From Syntrophorhabdaceae bacterium (GTDB lineage Bacteria; Desulfobacterota; Deferrimicrobia; Deferrimicrobiales; Deferrimicrobiaceae), in NCBI GenBank assembly GCA_009783195.1, contig WRHP01000005.1, forward strand, positions 1 through 57,886: a DNA stretch of 57,886 nt, in the 5' to 3' direction. Positions 9,988 through 19,195 of this stretch are shown piece by piece; position 1 is the first letter of the stretch, and every line of letters starts with the position of its first letter. Made by a program: the position numbers and the translations under genes. The notes beneath the pieces are model-generated. The model did no database searches. It was not told the origin of the DNA and saw only the letters and a list, made by a program, of their open reading frames with translations.

Positions 9988-10724
9988 GGACCGCCGCCAT
10001 GATGCAGTCTACAGACAACGACAGCAAAGAACGTATCATTCAGGAATTTTTGCCGTTTATCCGGTTTACCGCCCGCCGCTTCAGGTGGAGGCTGGGCCCC
10101 GGCATGTTGGAGGATGACCTTATCAGCGCCGGAGTGGTTGGGCTTTTGGACGCGCTCCAGAGGTTTCAGCCCGGCATTGTGAAGCTTAAAACGTATGCCG
10201 AGCACCGGATACGCGGCGCGATGCTCGACGAACTCCGCGCGGCGGACGTTCTCCCGAGAAATGTCAGGGACCGGGTCAATGTTATGAAAAGCGCGTATTC
10301 GAAGCTTGAGCATACGCTTGGCCGTATGCCGGAGGATTTCGAGGTTGCGGAGGCGATCGGCGTAAGCCTTGATGAATACCACAAGACGCTGCGGGAAAGC
10401 GGCGCCGCTATTCATCTGCGGTTCGAGGATTTTACAGGTCGCATGGGCGAAGAGGAAAGTGATAGTCTATTAAACACCATCCCCGACACAGAGGGTATGG
10501 ACCCGGGTACTATCGCTGAACGATCGAATTTGCAGCAGATACTGGCAGACGAGATCAAGGAACTTCCGGAAAAAGAACGTCTTGTTTTGTCGCTGTACTA
10601 CTGGGATGAACTGACAATGAAGGAAATAGGGAAGATTCTGGGACTTACGGAAGGCAGGGTATCCCAGCTCCACGGTCAGGCGCTTCTTCGGTGCAAATCG
10701 CGTTTTGAGGAACGCCGGGCGTAA
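9984..10724 (+). CDS. fliA: flagellar sigma factor FliA (sigma28)
   Basis: RIRGAMLDELR, LYYWDELTMKEIG..LGLTEGRVSQLH. Confidence 0.95.
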   Translation: MRTAAMMQSTDNDSKERIIQEFLPFIRFTARRFRWRLGPGMLEDDLISAGVVGLLDALQRFQPGIVKLKTYAEHRIRGAMLDELRAADVLPRNVRDRVNVMKSAYSKLEHTLGRMPEDFEVAEAIGVSLDEYHKTLRESGAAIHLRFEDFTGRMGEEESDSLLNTIPDTEGMDPGTIAERSNLQQILADEIKELPEKERLVLSLYYWDELTMKEIGKILGLTEGRVSQLHGQALLRCKSRFEERRA

Positions 10725-10744
10725 AGGCTAAAACCGGGTTTTTT

Positions 10745-10772
10745 TAAATAAAAACCAGATTTTTGCCGATAA
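10745..10772 (+). promoter_or_regulatory. sigma28 promoter of the HEAT-cheR-cheY operon
   Basis: TAAA-N16-GCCGATAA immediately upstream of GAGGAG RBS and ATG 10784. Confidence 0.65.
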
Positions 10773-10783
10773 GAAGAGGAGCC

Positions 10784-12241
10784 ATGATAAAGACAAAGAT
10801 CTCTTCCCGTGTTTTGAAGAGTCTTTCAAGCAGCGATGCCTCGAAAAGACGCGCCGCCGCCGATTCGCTTGCGAACGGTGACGTACGAGCCGTTTATCCC
10901 CTTATTCAGGCGCTTAAAGATCCTCACCCAGGGGTTCAGGAAGCGGCGGCTTCATCTCTGATTTCCATCGGCGGTGAAGTTACCGCCTGGATGGTTTTGC
11001 CGCTTCTGCGGGAAGAAGCTTTATTGAGCAATATGGCCATGGTCATTCTGAGGGAGATCGGCCCTGCGACTCTCCGGCACTTATCTCCCCTGCTGCGGGA
11101 CAAAGACGACGATATCCGCAAGTTCGCGATTGAACTGGTCGCCGACCTTGGCGGGCGCGAATATATGGACAAGCTGGTCGAGCGGTTGAAATGGGATCTA
11201 AACCCAAATGTTCGCGCGGTTGCGGCGAAAGCGCTGGGAGATCTCCGGTGCCATGAGACGCTTCCGAACCTGGTTGCCGCCTTGAAAGATGTGGAATGGG
11301 TTCGATTTGCTGTCCTGGAGTCGTTATGCCTCCTCAAGGACGCGGAGGCGGTGGAGCCGATCCTGGAACTTTTGAACGATCCGTCCTCCACCACCCGGCG
11401 TTTTGCCATCGAAACCCTTGGAGTGATAGGTTCTCCGCTGGCCGGCAAAGCCCTTCTGTCTTTCCTTGAAAAAACGAACGAAAACGAGCGGCGTGTTGTA
11501 TTGATGAGCTTGCTCAGGATCGGAATTCCCCTTCCCGGCGGCAGGTATTCCGAGGATCTTTTTGCGGCTTTTCTCGAAGAAGACGGATGGGAGAACAAGA
11601 TCATCGCCTTGCGTGGGCTTGTCGGCATTGCCGACCGAGACGCTCTGCGCGCGATCTTCGACAAGGTAGGCTCTCTCGACGCGACAAACCCACATGACGA
11701 GGAAATCTTGCGCACGATCAAGGAGATCCTGTCGTGCTGCAGTAACCGGAAATTCCTGCTGGATCTGATGGAAGACCCGACGTTGCGGTTCCGCGGCAAG
11801 GCCGTTCTTACGGAGCTTGTAGGGGAGTTGCAACTTGGAGAAGCCGTTTGTATTCTCGTGGCGATGCTGCGTGACGATGCGCGCGATATCCGTCGGGCGG
11901 CCGCGTACGCCTTGGAGCGGATCGGGGACGAAAGGGCGCTGGAAGGGCTCCTTGACTCTATCGCTGACCATGACAGCGGTGTCCGGAAGGCAAGCGTTTC
12001 GGCTCTGGGCGCATTGAAAAAGAAGGAGGCGTTTGATCCCCTGAAATCCCTTCTTCAGGAGGAGCCGTATGTCGATGTTATCGAGGAGATATTGCGCGCG
12101 TTGTACGCGATTGATCCGTGCGCGATGTCCGGGATAGGCGACGCGCTTGGAGAACAGGCAAAGGGCGTGTACGACGCGTTTGTTCACGGCGGTGTGGGGT
12201 TGAGCGCAGCGGAAAAAACTACGGATGACATACTAAGATGA
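10784..12241 (+). CDS. HEAT/PBS-lyase repeat protein
   Basis: Repeated L.D....VR..AA.AL units throughout; translationally coupled to cheR. Confidence 0.88.
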   Translation: MIKTKISSRVLKSLSSSDASKRRAAADSLANGDVRAVYPLIQALKDPHPGVQEAAASSLISIGGEVTAWMVLPLLREEALLSNMAMVILREIGPATLRHLSPLLRDKDDDIRKFAIELVADLGGREYMDKLVERLKWDLNPNVRAVAAKALGDLRCHETLPNLVAALKDVEWVRFAVLESLCLLKDAEAVEPILELLNDPSSTTRRFAIETLGVIGSPLAGKALLSFLEKTNENERRVVLMSLLRIGIPLPGGRYSEDLFAAFLEEDGWENKIIALRGLVGIADRDALRAIFDKVGSLDATNPHDEEILRTIKEILSCCSNRKFLLDLMEDPTLRFRGKAVLTELVGELQLGEAVCILVAMLRDDARDIRRAAAYALERIGDERALEGLLDSIADHDSGVRKASVSALGALKKKEAFDPLKSLLQEEPYVDVIEEILRALYAIDPCAMSGIGDALGEQAKGVYDAFVHGGVGLSAAEKTTDDILR

Positions 12242-13065
12242 CGCAGCAAGCGCCGTTGCTCAACGACAAGGCTTTCGAGAAGCTGCGGGATTATGTGTAC
12301 GATCGCTCGGGGATCCGCCTCTCGGAGATAAAAAAGCACTCCATTGAGAACCACTTGGCGCGTCGGATACTTGAGAACCACCTTTCGGGCTTCGACGATT
12401 ACCTCACTTTTATGATGTCCAGAGAAGCAACGGAACTCAAAGCTTTGTTCGGAATTATCACTACGAACGAGACATATTTTTTCCGCGAGCCGCCGCAGCT
12501 TGATGTGTTCAAGAAGCACATTGTGCCGAATGTGCTTAAAAACAAACGGACGCGGGATATTCGTGTTTGGTCCGCCGCATGCTCGTCAGGAGAAGAGCCT
12601 TATACTGTGGCGGCGATGCTCAAAGAGACCGAGCCGCTTTTGCGGACGGACATCATAGGGTCAGATATCAGCGAAGTTGTTTTGGAGACGGCAAGACGCG
12701 GTATCTTTTCGTCTTACTCAGTGCGAAACGTGCCGCCGAACTACTTGCAAAAATATTTTAAGGCTCGCGAAAACGCATACGAACTCGATGAATCTATCCG
12801 GAAAATGGTGAGATTTCTAAATGTCAATCTTGTCGACGAAAAAGCGGTTCGCGCAATTCGAAACGCTGACGTGATCTTTTGCCGCAACGTTCTGATTTAC
12901 TTTGACGAAAAATCAAAACGTAAAGCGGTGTCCTTGCTTTACGATGCGCTTGCGCCGAACGGGTTCCTGATCGTCGGCACGTCGGAGAGCTTGTATAATG
13001 TCACGCGCGCTTTACAGCCAACCGTCATCGACAAGGTTGTTCTTTACCAAAAGGCGGGGTCATGA
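12238..13065 (+). CDS. cheR: chemotaxis protein methyltransferase CheR
   Basis: TTNETYFFRE, WSAACSSGEEPY, IFCRNVLIYF. Confidence 0.95.
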   Translation: MTQQAPLLNDKAFEKLRDYVYDRSGIRLSEIKKHSIENHLARRILENHLSGFDDYLTFMMSREATELKALFGIITTNETYFFREPPQLDVFKKHIVPNVLKNKRTRDIRVWSAACSSGEEPYTVAAMLKETEPLLRTDIIGSDISEVVLETARRGIFSSYSVRNVPPNYLQKYFKARENAYELDESIRKMVRFLNVNLVDEKAVRAIRNADVIFCRNVLIYFDEKSKRKAVSLLYDALAPNGFLIVGTSESLYNVTRALQPTVIDKVVLYQKAGS

Positions 13066-13460
13066 AAATACTTATTGTTGACGACGACAAAACTACGCGA
13101 AAGATTCTAAGTCTCTACTTGAAAGAGGGCGGTTTTAATGTTACAACCGCCGAAAATGGTTTGAACGCCATGGAAAAACTTGGCTCAGACACTTTTCAGT
13201 TAGTTATGACAGATCTTAATATGCCGTTTATGGATGGGATCGAATTTATCAAGGCAATTAAAGCGAATCCAGGAACGGCTCATATTCCCGCCCTGATGTT
13301 AACGGCTGAAACGGATGGAGAAGAAAAAGATAGGGCTTTTAAGGCCGGCGCCGACGGGTATCTGTCCAAACCGGTGACAGCCGAAGAACTGGCTGTCAAG
13401 ATTAGGCAGATGCTGGAAGATGCTTTAGAGAAGGGAGAAAAACCGAATGGCAAAGCTTGA
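13062..13460 (+). CDS. single-domain response regulator (CheY-like)
   Basis: ILIVDDD, DLNMP, MLTA, SKP receiver residues; no output domain. Confidence 0.88.
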   Translation: MKILIVDDDKTTRKILSLYLKEGGFNVTTAENGLNAMEKLGSDTFQLVMTDLNMPFMDGIEFIKAIKANPGTAHIPALMLTAETDGEEKDRAFKAGADGYLSKPVTAEELAVKIRQMLEDALEKGEKPNGKA

Positions 13461-13833
13461 TTTTAAAGAAAAAATTCTAATAGTCGATGATTTTGCGACA
13501 ATGCGCCGGATTGTGAAGAATCTGCTAAAGCAGCTTGGTTACGAGAACATAACCGAGGCTGAAGATGGCGAACAGGCGTACGCCAAACTCAAGGGAGGCG
13601 GATTCAAATTCGTGGTTTCCGACTGGAACATGCCGAATCTTGACGGCCTTGGGCTTGTGCAGAAGGTTCGCAGCGATCCGGAGCTTAAAACCTTGCCGTT
13701 TCTGATGGTTACCGCCGAAGCTGAAAAAGAGAAGGTAATTGAGGCCATAAAAGCCGGCGTAAGCAATTACATTGTGAAACCGTTTACTGCGGAAACCTTA
13801 AAGGAAAAAATGGATAAGATCTTCGGGCAATAG
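13447..13833 (+). CDS. cheY: chemotaxis response regulator CheY
   Basis: [37 protein letters not shown]: canonical CheY. Confidence 0.95.
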   Translation: MAKLDFKEKILIVDDFATMRRIVKNLLKQLGYENITEAEDGEQAYAKLKGGGFKFVVSDWNMPNLDGLGLVQKVRSDPELKTLPFLMVTAEAEKEKVIEAIKAGVSNYIVKPFTAETLKEKMDKIFGQ

Positions 13834-13878
13834 ATCTTCTGGCAATAAAAACGGGTAATAAAAAATCGCGAGGACGTC

Positions 13879-14673
13879 ATGGCTGACGACATTCGGGGTA
13901 CTGTTTTTTGTTACCAAGGCGGAAATCCGGTTCGATTTGTCGCGCAAAAGACAAATGGGGGGGGGACCAAAGAGATGCTAAAAGGCGTCGATACGAAAGA
14001 ACTACAAACCGCCCAAGAGTTTCTGTCGAAGAAAAAAGAATCAATAGACCCCGGAGATCCCAGCCAAAAAGCTCTCAAAGAACTGATGGCCTTTATGGAA
14101 GCGGTTGCGGCAAGAGACTATGTGACCGCGGATGCCGCCGTAGAGCAACTGGTGGAGTCCTCTGAAGGAGGGCTGTACAAGGAGGTAGGCAAGGTCACGC
14201 GGCGTCTGCACGACTCGCTGAGAAGTTTCAAGGAAGCCATTGATCCCAAGATAACCTCGATCGTCAAAAAAGATATGCCAAGCGCGGTTGACCGGCTTCA
14301 GTACTGCGTTCAGAAGACGGAAGAAGCGGCCAACAAGACGATGAGTATCGTAGAGAAGCACATGGCGTCCATGGGAGAGCTGGAGGAAAACATTCTAAAA
14401 CTCCAGGGTCCCGATAGCGCTGTTGATTACTTGAATGAATTCAGGGAACGGTACGAAAACGACCTTACCGAGATAATTACCGCGCAGTCGTTCCAGGATC
14501 TTACGGGACAAACGATTCAGAAAGTTATCCTGCTCGTGGCGGACATCGAGAAGGAATTGGTCGGAATGGTGACGGCATTTGGCCTGAAGCTCGAAGTCGC
14601 GGGCAAAGAGGAGATCCACGAGAAGGTTAACCAGGGTGAAGTTGACGACCTCCTTAAGGAGTTGGGTTTCTGA
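13879..14673 (+). CDS. cheZ: CheZ-family phosphatase
   Basis: TEEAANKTM, AQSFQDLTGQ (DxxxQ catalytic motif), C-terminal QGEVDDLLKELGF; alternative start at 13975. Confidence 0.88.
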   Translation: MADDIRGTVFCYQGGNPVRFVAQKTNGGGTKEMLKGVDTKELQTAQEFLSKKKESIDPGDPSQKALKELMAFMEAVAARDYVTADAAVEQLVESSEGGLYKEVGKVTRRLHDSLRSFKEAIDPKITSIVKKDMPSAVDRLQYCVQKTEEAANKTMSIVEKHMASMGELEENILKLQGPDSAVDYLNEFRERYENDLTEIITAQSFQDLTGQTIQKVILLVADIEKELVGMVTAFGLKLEVAGKEEIHEKVNQGEVDDLLKELGF

Positions 14674-14926
14674 TCAGGTTGTGTGTTCATTGCGGGTGAT
14701 TCTGGCTTTAGATCAAATAACTTTTTGAAATGTGTTTTATCAAGGTCATATTGGCGGTATTATCAATACTGATTGGAACAGGTTGCAGCTTTTTTACCCA
14801 TGTGGGTTTTTTTATAATGGCCGTCAGCAAATCATATAGGCGGATAGAGCAAAAGATTTTGTTTTAGGCGGTGGCGGCAGCAAGTTAAAACTTCCCTCTT
14901 TTGGTAAAATGCCGCCGGGAGGCTGC

Positions 14927-15760
14927 GTGAGCCAAGCGGACGCACGAGAAATACGGGAATATATTCGAGGAATATATAGTTCTCGGACGCTTCCGATGTT
15001 GCTTGTTAAGATCCTTGATGTTGTCCGGGAAGAGAACTCCTCGCCACAGGAACTTTTCAGCCTCATTTCCCACGACCAGGTACTCGCGGAGCGGGTGATC
15101 CGCACGGCGAATTCGGTTTTCTTTGGGCATTCCGGCAAGATCAAGGGGCTGCCGCACGCCGTCATGTTTCTCGGATACGAGCGGATCCGTGTTATTGCGT
15201 TGGCGGTTGGCGTGATGGACGTATTTTCCGGAAAGAATTCTCTTGATATCAAAAACCTCTGGATTCATGGATACGAAGTCGCCAGTATTTCGGCGACCAT
15301 TTCGGACACGATAAGCATGGCTTCCCCCGACGAGGCGTTTCTTGCCGGACTTATTCACGATATAGGACGGGTTATCTTTTTCGAGAAGGACCGGGAGCGG
15401 TACAAACAGATAGGAATTGGCGACGACATGCTCGAAAAGGAGATGGAATTGTTCGGCTGCACCCACGCGGAAGTGGGTGCGTGGTATGCCGAAAGTGTCG
15501 GGATTCCCGAAGAACTGGTTTATGCTATCCGGCACCACCACAGCCCAATTAGCGCGGGCGAAAACCACCTCCTGGTCGCAATTACCTCCATCGGGGAGGC
15601 GCTCTCACGAAGTTTGAGGCCACGCGCAATCGACGATGGCATCTGGACTCCCGAGCACGCTGCTATTTTGCTTGAGCTTTCGATTGGGGATGACACTAAG
15701 CAGTTGGTCCGGCAAAAACTCCAGAACCTCGAAAAGGATATAGAATCGTTCTTCCCTTAG
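14927..15760 (+). CDS. HDOD domain protein
   Basis: TLP...DQVLAERVIRTANS...AGLIHDIGR...HAEVGA...AIRHHH; GTG start after GGAGG. Confidence 0.88.
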   Translation: MSQADAREIREYIRGIYSSRTLPMLLVKILDVVREENSSPQELFSLISHDQVLAERVIRTANSVFFGHSGKIKGLPHAVMFLGYERIRVIALAVGVMDVFSGKNSLDIKNLWIHGYEVASISATISDTISMASPDEAFLAGLIHDIGRVIFFEKDRERYKQIGIGDDMLEKEMELFGCTHAEVGAWYAESVGIPEELVYAIRHHHSPISAGENHLLVAITSIGEALSRSLRPRAIDDGIWTPEHAAILLELSIGDDTKQLVRQKLQNLEKDIESFFP

Positions 15761-15781
15761 AGAGGTATGGAGTAGGCAGCC

Positions 15782-16147
15782 ATGCTAAAAAATTTGTTCG
15801 GTAAAAAGGCTCCCGCCGCCCCGGCGAACAACGAATCGGCCAAGTGGCGCTTAACGATGGAACTTGCCGAAATCGAAGAAATTTCCGAAAAGATGATACG
15901 GAAGATCGAAGAACGGATTGCCGCGCTTTCAGATATTGAGGCGCGCCTGGACAAGAAAGCCTCCGCTTTGGAGGAAATCGTGGCGAAAGCGGCCGGCATC
16001 GGTTCGGCTCAGGGCGAGATGGTTGACGTACGCCACCGGGGAGTCATTGCTCTGGCGCGGAAAGGTCTGAAAGCCGACGAGATTGCCGAGATTTTTGACA
16101 TGACCAAAGGAGAGGTGGAATTAATCCTGAATCTTCAGCGCCAATGA
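15782..16147 (+). CDS. flagellar-locus coiled-coil protein with C-terminal HTH-like motif (DUF2802/DUF6115-like)
   Basis: C-terminal LARKGLKADEIAEIFDMTKGEVELILNL. Confidence 0.6.
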   Translation: MLKNLFGKKAPAAPANNESAKWRLTMELAEIEEISEKMIRKIEERIAALSDIEARLDKKASALEEIVAKAAGIGSAQGEMVDVRHRGVIALARKGLKADEIAEIFDMTKGEVELILNLQRQ

Positions 16148-16161
16148 TCATCGCCGGGGCG

Positions 16162-16193
16162 GGCAAAAAATGCCTCCACCGGAAAGTTTTTCC
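16162..16193. promoter_or_regulatory. tandem 13-bp palindromes, putative enhancer (UAS) for the flgF promoter
   Basis: GGCAAAAAATGCC (16162-16174) and GGAAAGTTTTTCC (16181-16193), 70-100 bp upstream of a perfect sigma54 motif. Confidence 0.45.
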
Positions 16194-16260
16194 TTCGTAG
16201 AGCCTTCAATTTATCCCTGTTTCGCGCGATAACCCCCCGTCATTTACTGTTTTTTTAGTA

Positions 16261-16276
16261 TGGCACCGAGATTGCA
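16261..16276 (+). promoter_or_regulatory. sigma54 promoter of the flgF operon
   Basis: TGGCAC-CGAGA-TTGCA, a perfect -24/-12 consensus, then AGGAGG RBS. Confidence 0.8.
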
Positions 16277-16288
16277 TCTATAGGAGGC

Positions 16289-17002
16289 ATGTATAAGGGA
16301 ATCTACATAGCGCTCTCAGGGTCGATTCAGAAGCAGAACCAGATCGACACAATCACCCACAATGTAGCCAATGTCAGCACTATCGGGTTCAAGAAAAGCC
16401 GCATCTCGTTCCATGAGTGCCTGGTTTCGAAAATCAGCGGCATAGCCGACAGCGACGACGGCAAATCTATGACAAATGTTACGGAAGTACGGACCGACTA
16501 CTCGCCCGGAGCGCACTTTACCACCGGCAACCCGCTTGACGTTGCCTTGGTCGGCAATGGGTTCATGACGCTTGAAGGGGATCGTTATACGCGTTCGGGG
16601 GCTCTTGTGCTCAACCGGGAAGGGTTTCTCGTCACTTCAACCGGGCGAAGGGTTCTTGGCGAAGGCGGCCCGATTCAGATTCCACCCGGAGGAAAGGTCT
16701 TGATAGCGTCCGGCGGACAAGTAAGCTCCGACGGGGTCGTGGTCGGCACGATCAAGCTTGTCGATTTTGCGAATACGACCTCCCTCGTGGCGCTTTCGAA
16801 CGGGGAGTTCAGGTCTGACGATACACCGACTGCTTCGACTGCTTCCGTGGCTTCCGGCTACCTGGAAGCGTCGAATGTGGACGCGGTTACGGAAATGGTC
16901 CAGATGATTAACACCGTCAGGGAGTTCGAGATCTACCAGAAGGCTATCCGCATGTTCGACGATGCGGCTGCGCGCGTGAACAGCGAAATGGCGAAGATAT
17001 AA
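16289..17002 (+). CDS. flgF: flagellar basal-body rod protein FlgF
   Basis: NVANVST.GFK, TGNPLDVAL, LEASNVDAVTEMVQMI. Confidence 0.9.
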   Translation: MYKGIYIALSGSIQKQNQIDTITHNVANVSTIGFKKSRISFHECLVSKISGIADSDDGKSMTNVTEVRTDYSPGAHFTTGNPLDVALVGNGFMTLEGDRYTRSGALVLNREGFLVTSTGRRVLGEGGPIQIPPGGKVLIASGGQVSSDGVVVGTIKLVDFANTTSLVALSNGEFRSDDTPTASTASVASGYLEASNVDAVTEMVQMINTVREFEIYQKAIRMFDDAAARVNSEMAKI

Positions 17003-17041
17003 ACGCTTGGAAATACGGAATAAGGAAGGAGATTTAAAACA

Positions 17042-17833
17042 ATGATGACATCACTTTACACGGCGGCGACGGGTATGGGGGCCCAGAAGCTCAATATAGA
17101 TGTCATTGCCAATAACCTCGCCAACGTTAACACCGCCGGTTTTAGACGCTCCAGAGCTGATTTCCAAGACCTTATGTATCATACGATAAAACAGGCGGGG
17201 ACCCTTTCTTCAGACGGCACAATAATGCCCACGGGAATCCAGGTGGGTCTTGGCGTCAGACCGGTTGCGATACAGAAAATATTCGAGCAGGGCCATTTCA
17301 GCCACACCGAAAACCCGCTTGACATTGTTATTGAAGGCGACGGTTTCTTCCAGATCAACAAACCGGACGGCGAGATTGCCTACACCCGAAGCGGCGCTTT
17401 CAAGCTGGACGCCGACGGTCGGATAGTCAATACAGGCGACGGTTATCCTATTGAACCGTCCATCTCGATTCCGGCGGACGCCACGAGCATCACGATCAGC
17501 GCGGACGGGCAGATCTCTGTAACGCAATCGGGCAGTTCGGTGTCAACGGTGGTCGGCCAGATTACGCTGGCGCGTTTTGTAAACCCCGCCGGGCTCAAGG
17601 CTATCGGAAAAACGATGTTTGTCGAGACCGACGCCTCCGGCGCTCCAATAACGAGTAATCCCGGCATTGATGGCATGGGCACGATAGGCCAGGGATTTTT
17701 GGAGATGAGCAATGTGAATGTCGTGGAAGAGATGGTCAACATGATCATCAGCCAGAGAGCTTACGAGATTAACTCAAAAGCGATTACCGCCTCTGACGAG
17801 ATGCTCCGTACCGTCAGCGGCATGGTCAGATAA
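17042..17833 (+). CDS. flgG: flagellar distal rod protein FlgG
   Basis: [28 protein letters not shown]. Confidence 0.95.
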   Translation: MMTSLYTAATGMGAQKLNIDVIANNLANVNTAGFRRSRADFQDLMYHTIKQAGTLSSDGTIMPTGIQVGLGVRPVAIQKIFEQGHFSHTENPLDIVIEGDGFFQINKPDGEIAYTRSGAFKLDADGRIVNTGDGYPIEPSISIPADATSITISADGQISVTQSGSSVSTVVGQITLARFVNPAGLKAIGKTMFVETDASGAPITSNPGIDGMGTIGQGFLEMSNVNVVEEMVNMIISQRAYEINSKAITASDEMLRTVSGMVR

Positions 17834-18501
17834 TGAACTCCGTCCGCGGCGTTTTCCTGCTGATCCTGGTCCTGGCGGTTCTTTTTCCCGCCTCTGTGGG
17901 CGCGTCCACCGTCCTGGTCGAGACAGCATTGGAAAACTACATCCTTTCGGTGCGGCCCTGGTCGGACGTGGAAGTGCGCGATCTTTCTTTAAGCGCGCGC
18001 CCGCCGGATGATGTGCCGGAGAGGATCACGATCCAGAAAGGGCTTCCGGGGCCGACTGTTTTTACCTTGAAGTACAGAAACGGAGCGGTTGTGACGGCAA
18101 AGGCCAATGTCGGGGCATACGAGGAGATCGTGGTTACCTCCCGTCAGCTCCAGAAGAACCGTCATATCGAGGAAGACGATGTGTTCCTCGCCCGCACAGA
18201 GATCGGCAAGATTCCCGCGGGAGCGGTTCGCGACCCAAAGGAAATTATAGGGAATACCATCAACCGCTCTGTCGGACCCAACCTCCCGGTTCTTCAGCAG
18301 CATGTTGGCGGCTCAAAGCTCGTCAAGCGGGGCCGGACGGTAACTCTTGTCGCCGAAAGCGGCGGCGTGCGCATTTCCGCTGTGGGAGAAACGCGGGAAA
18401 ACGCGTATATCAATAACGCCGTCAAGGTGGCCAATCTCACATCAAAAAAGACTGTTACGGGGATACTGATTGATGAAAACACGGTCCTTGTCAGTTTTTA
18501 G
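17833..18501 (+). CDS. flgA: P-ring assembly chaperone FlgA
   Basis: Signal peptide, SAF-like region, LVKRGRTV...V.NL.SKK; located between flgG and flgH. Confidence 0.88.
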   Translation: MNSVRGVFLLILVLAVLFPASVGASTVLVETALENYILSVRPWSDVEVRDLSLSARPPDDVPERITIQKGLPGPTVFTLKYRNGAVVTAKANVGAYEEIVVTSRQLQKNRHIEEDDVFLARTEIGKIPAGAVRDPKEIIGNTINRSVGPNLPVLQQHVGGSKLVKRGRTVTLVAESGGVRISAVGETRENAYINNAVKVANLTSKKTVTGILIDENTVLVSF

Positions 18502-19177
18502 GTCATGCCTTGCATTGCTGGTTCTGGCCGCTGTCGTTTTCGCCGGATGCGCGACAACGACCGCGAAGCTTCCGCCTCCTCCTCCAAAATACGTCTCCGC
18601 AAAGGACGCGAAGGAGGAACTCCGAACGGCCAATTCTTTATGGCGCGAAGGCGGAGGTCTTCTGGATGACTTTCGGGCGAGGCGGGTCAACGATCTGCTG
18701 ACCATCAACGTGCTGGAGAGCATGTCGGGGTCCGGCGGCGCGAACACGGCTACATCCCGCAACTCCAGCATGGATGCCAGCGTAGGCGCGGTTTTCGGGT
18801 TGCCTACCGAACTGACAGGGCTGATGGGTAAAACACTGTCGCCTACGGTAAATGGCGAGATGAATGACGACTTCTCAGGGAAAGGCACGACCAACCGAAG
18901 CGGGACCATTGTTGGAACGCTCACAGCCCGCGTGGTGGAAGTGATGCCAAACGGCACGCTTGCCGTTGAATCCCGCAAAGACGTCACGATCAACAATGAA
19001 ACGCAGACGATGGTGCTTCGCGGTTCCGTGCGGCCAGAGGACATCTCTGTATCGAATACGATACCGAGCACCAAGGTTGCGGACGCCGAAATCTATTTGG
19101 TAGGCGACGGCGTTCTCCAGGACAAACAGAAACCGGGTTGGCTCGTTCGGCTCGTTGACAACATTTGGCCGTTTTAA
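18470..19177 (+). CDS. flgH: flagellar L-ring lipoprotein FlgH
   Basis: Lipobox FAGC, SLW, ARVVEVMPNG, VRPEDI, C-terminal WPF. Confidence 0.94.
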   Translation: MMKTRSLSVFRSCLALLVLAAVVFAGCATTTAKLPPPPPKYVSAKDAKEELRTANSLWREGGGLLDDFRARRVNDLLTINVLESMSGSGGANTATSRNSSMDASVGAVFGLPTELTGLMGKTLSPTVNGEMNDDFSGKGTTNRSGTIVGTLTARVVEVMPNGTLAVESRKDVTINNETQTMVLRGSVRPEDISVSNTIPSTKVADAEIYLVGDGVLQDKQKPGWLVRLVDNIWPF

Positions 19178-19195
19178 AAGGAAACGAGGAAACCG

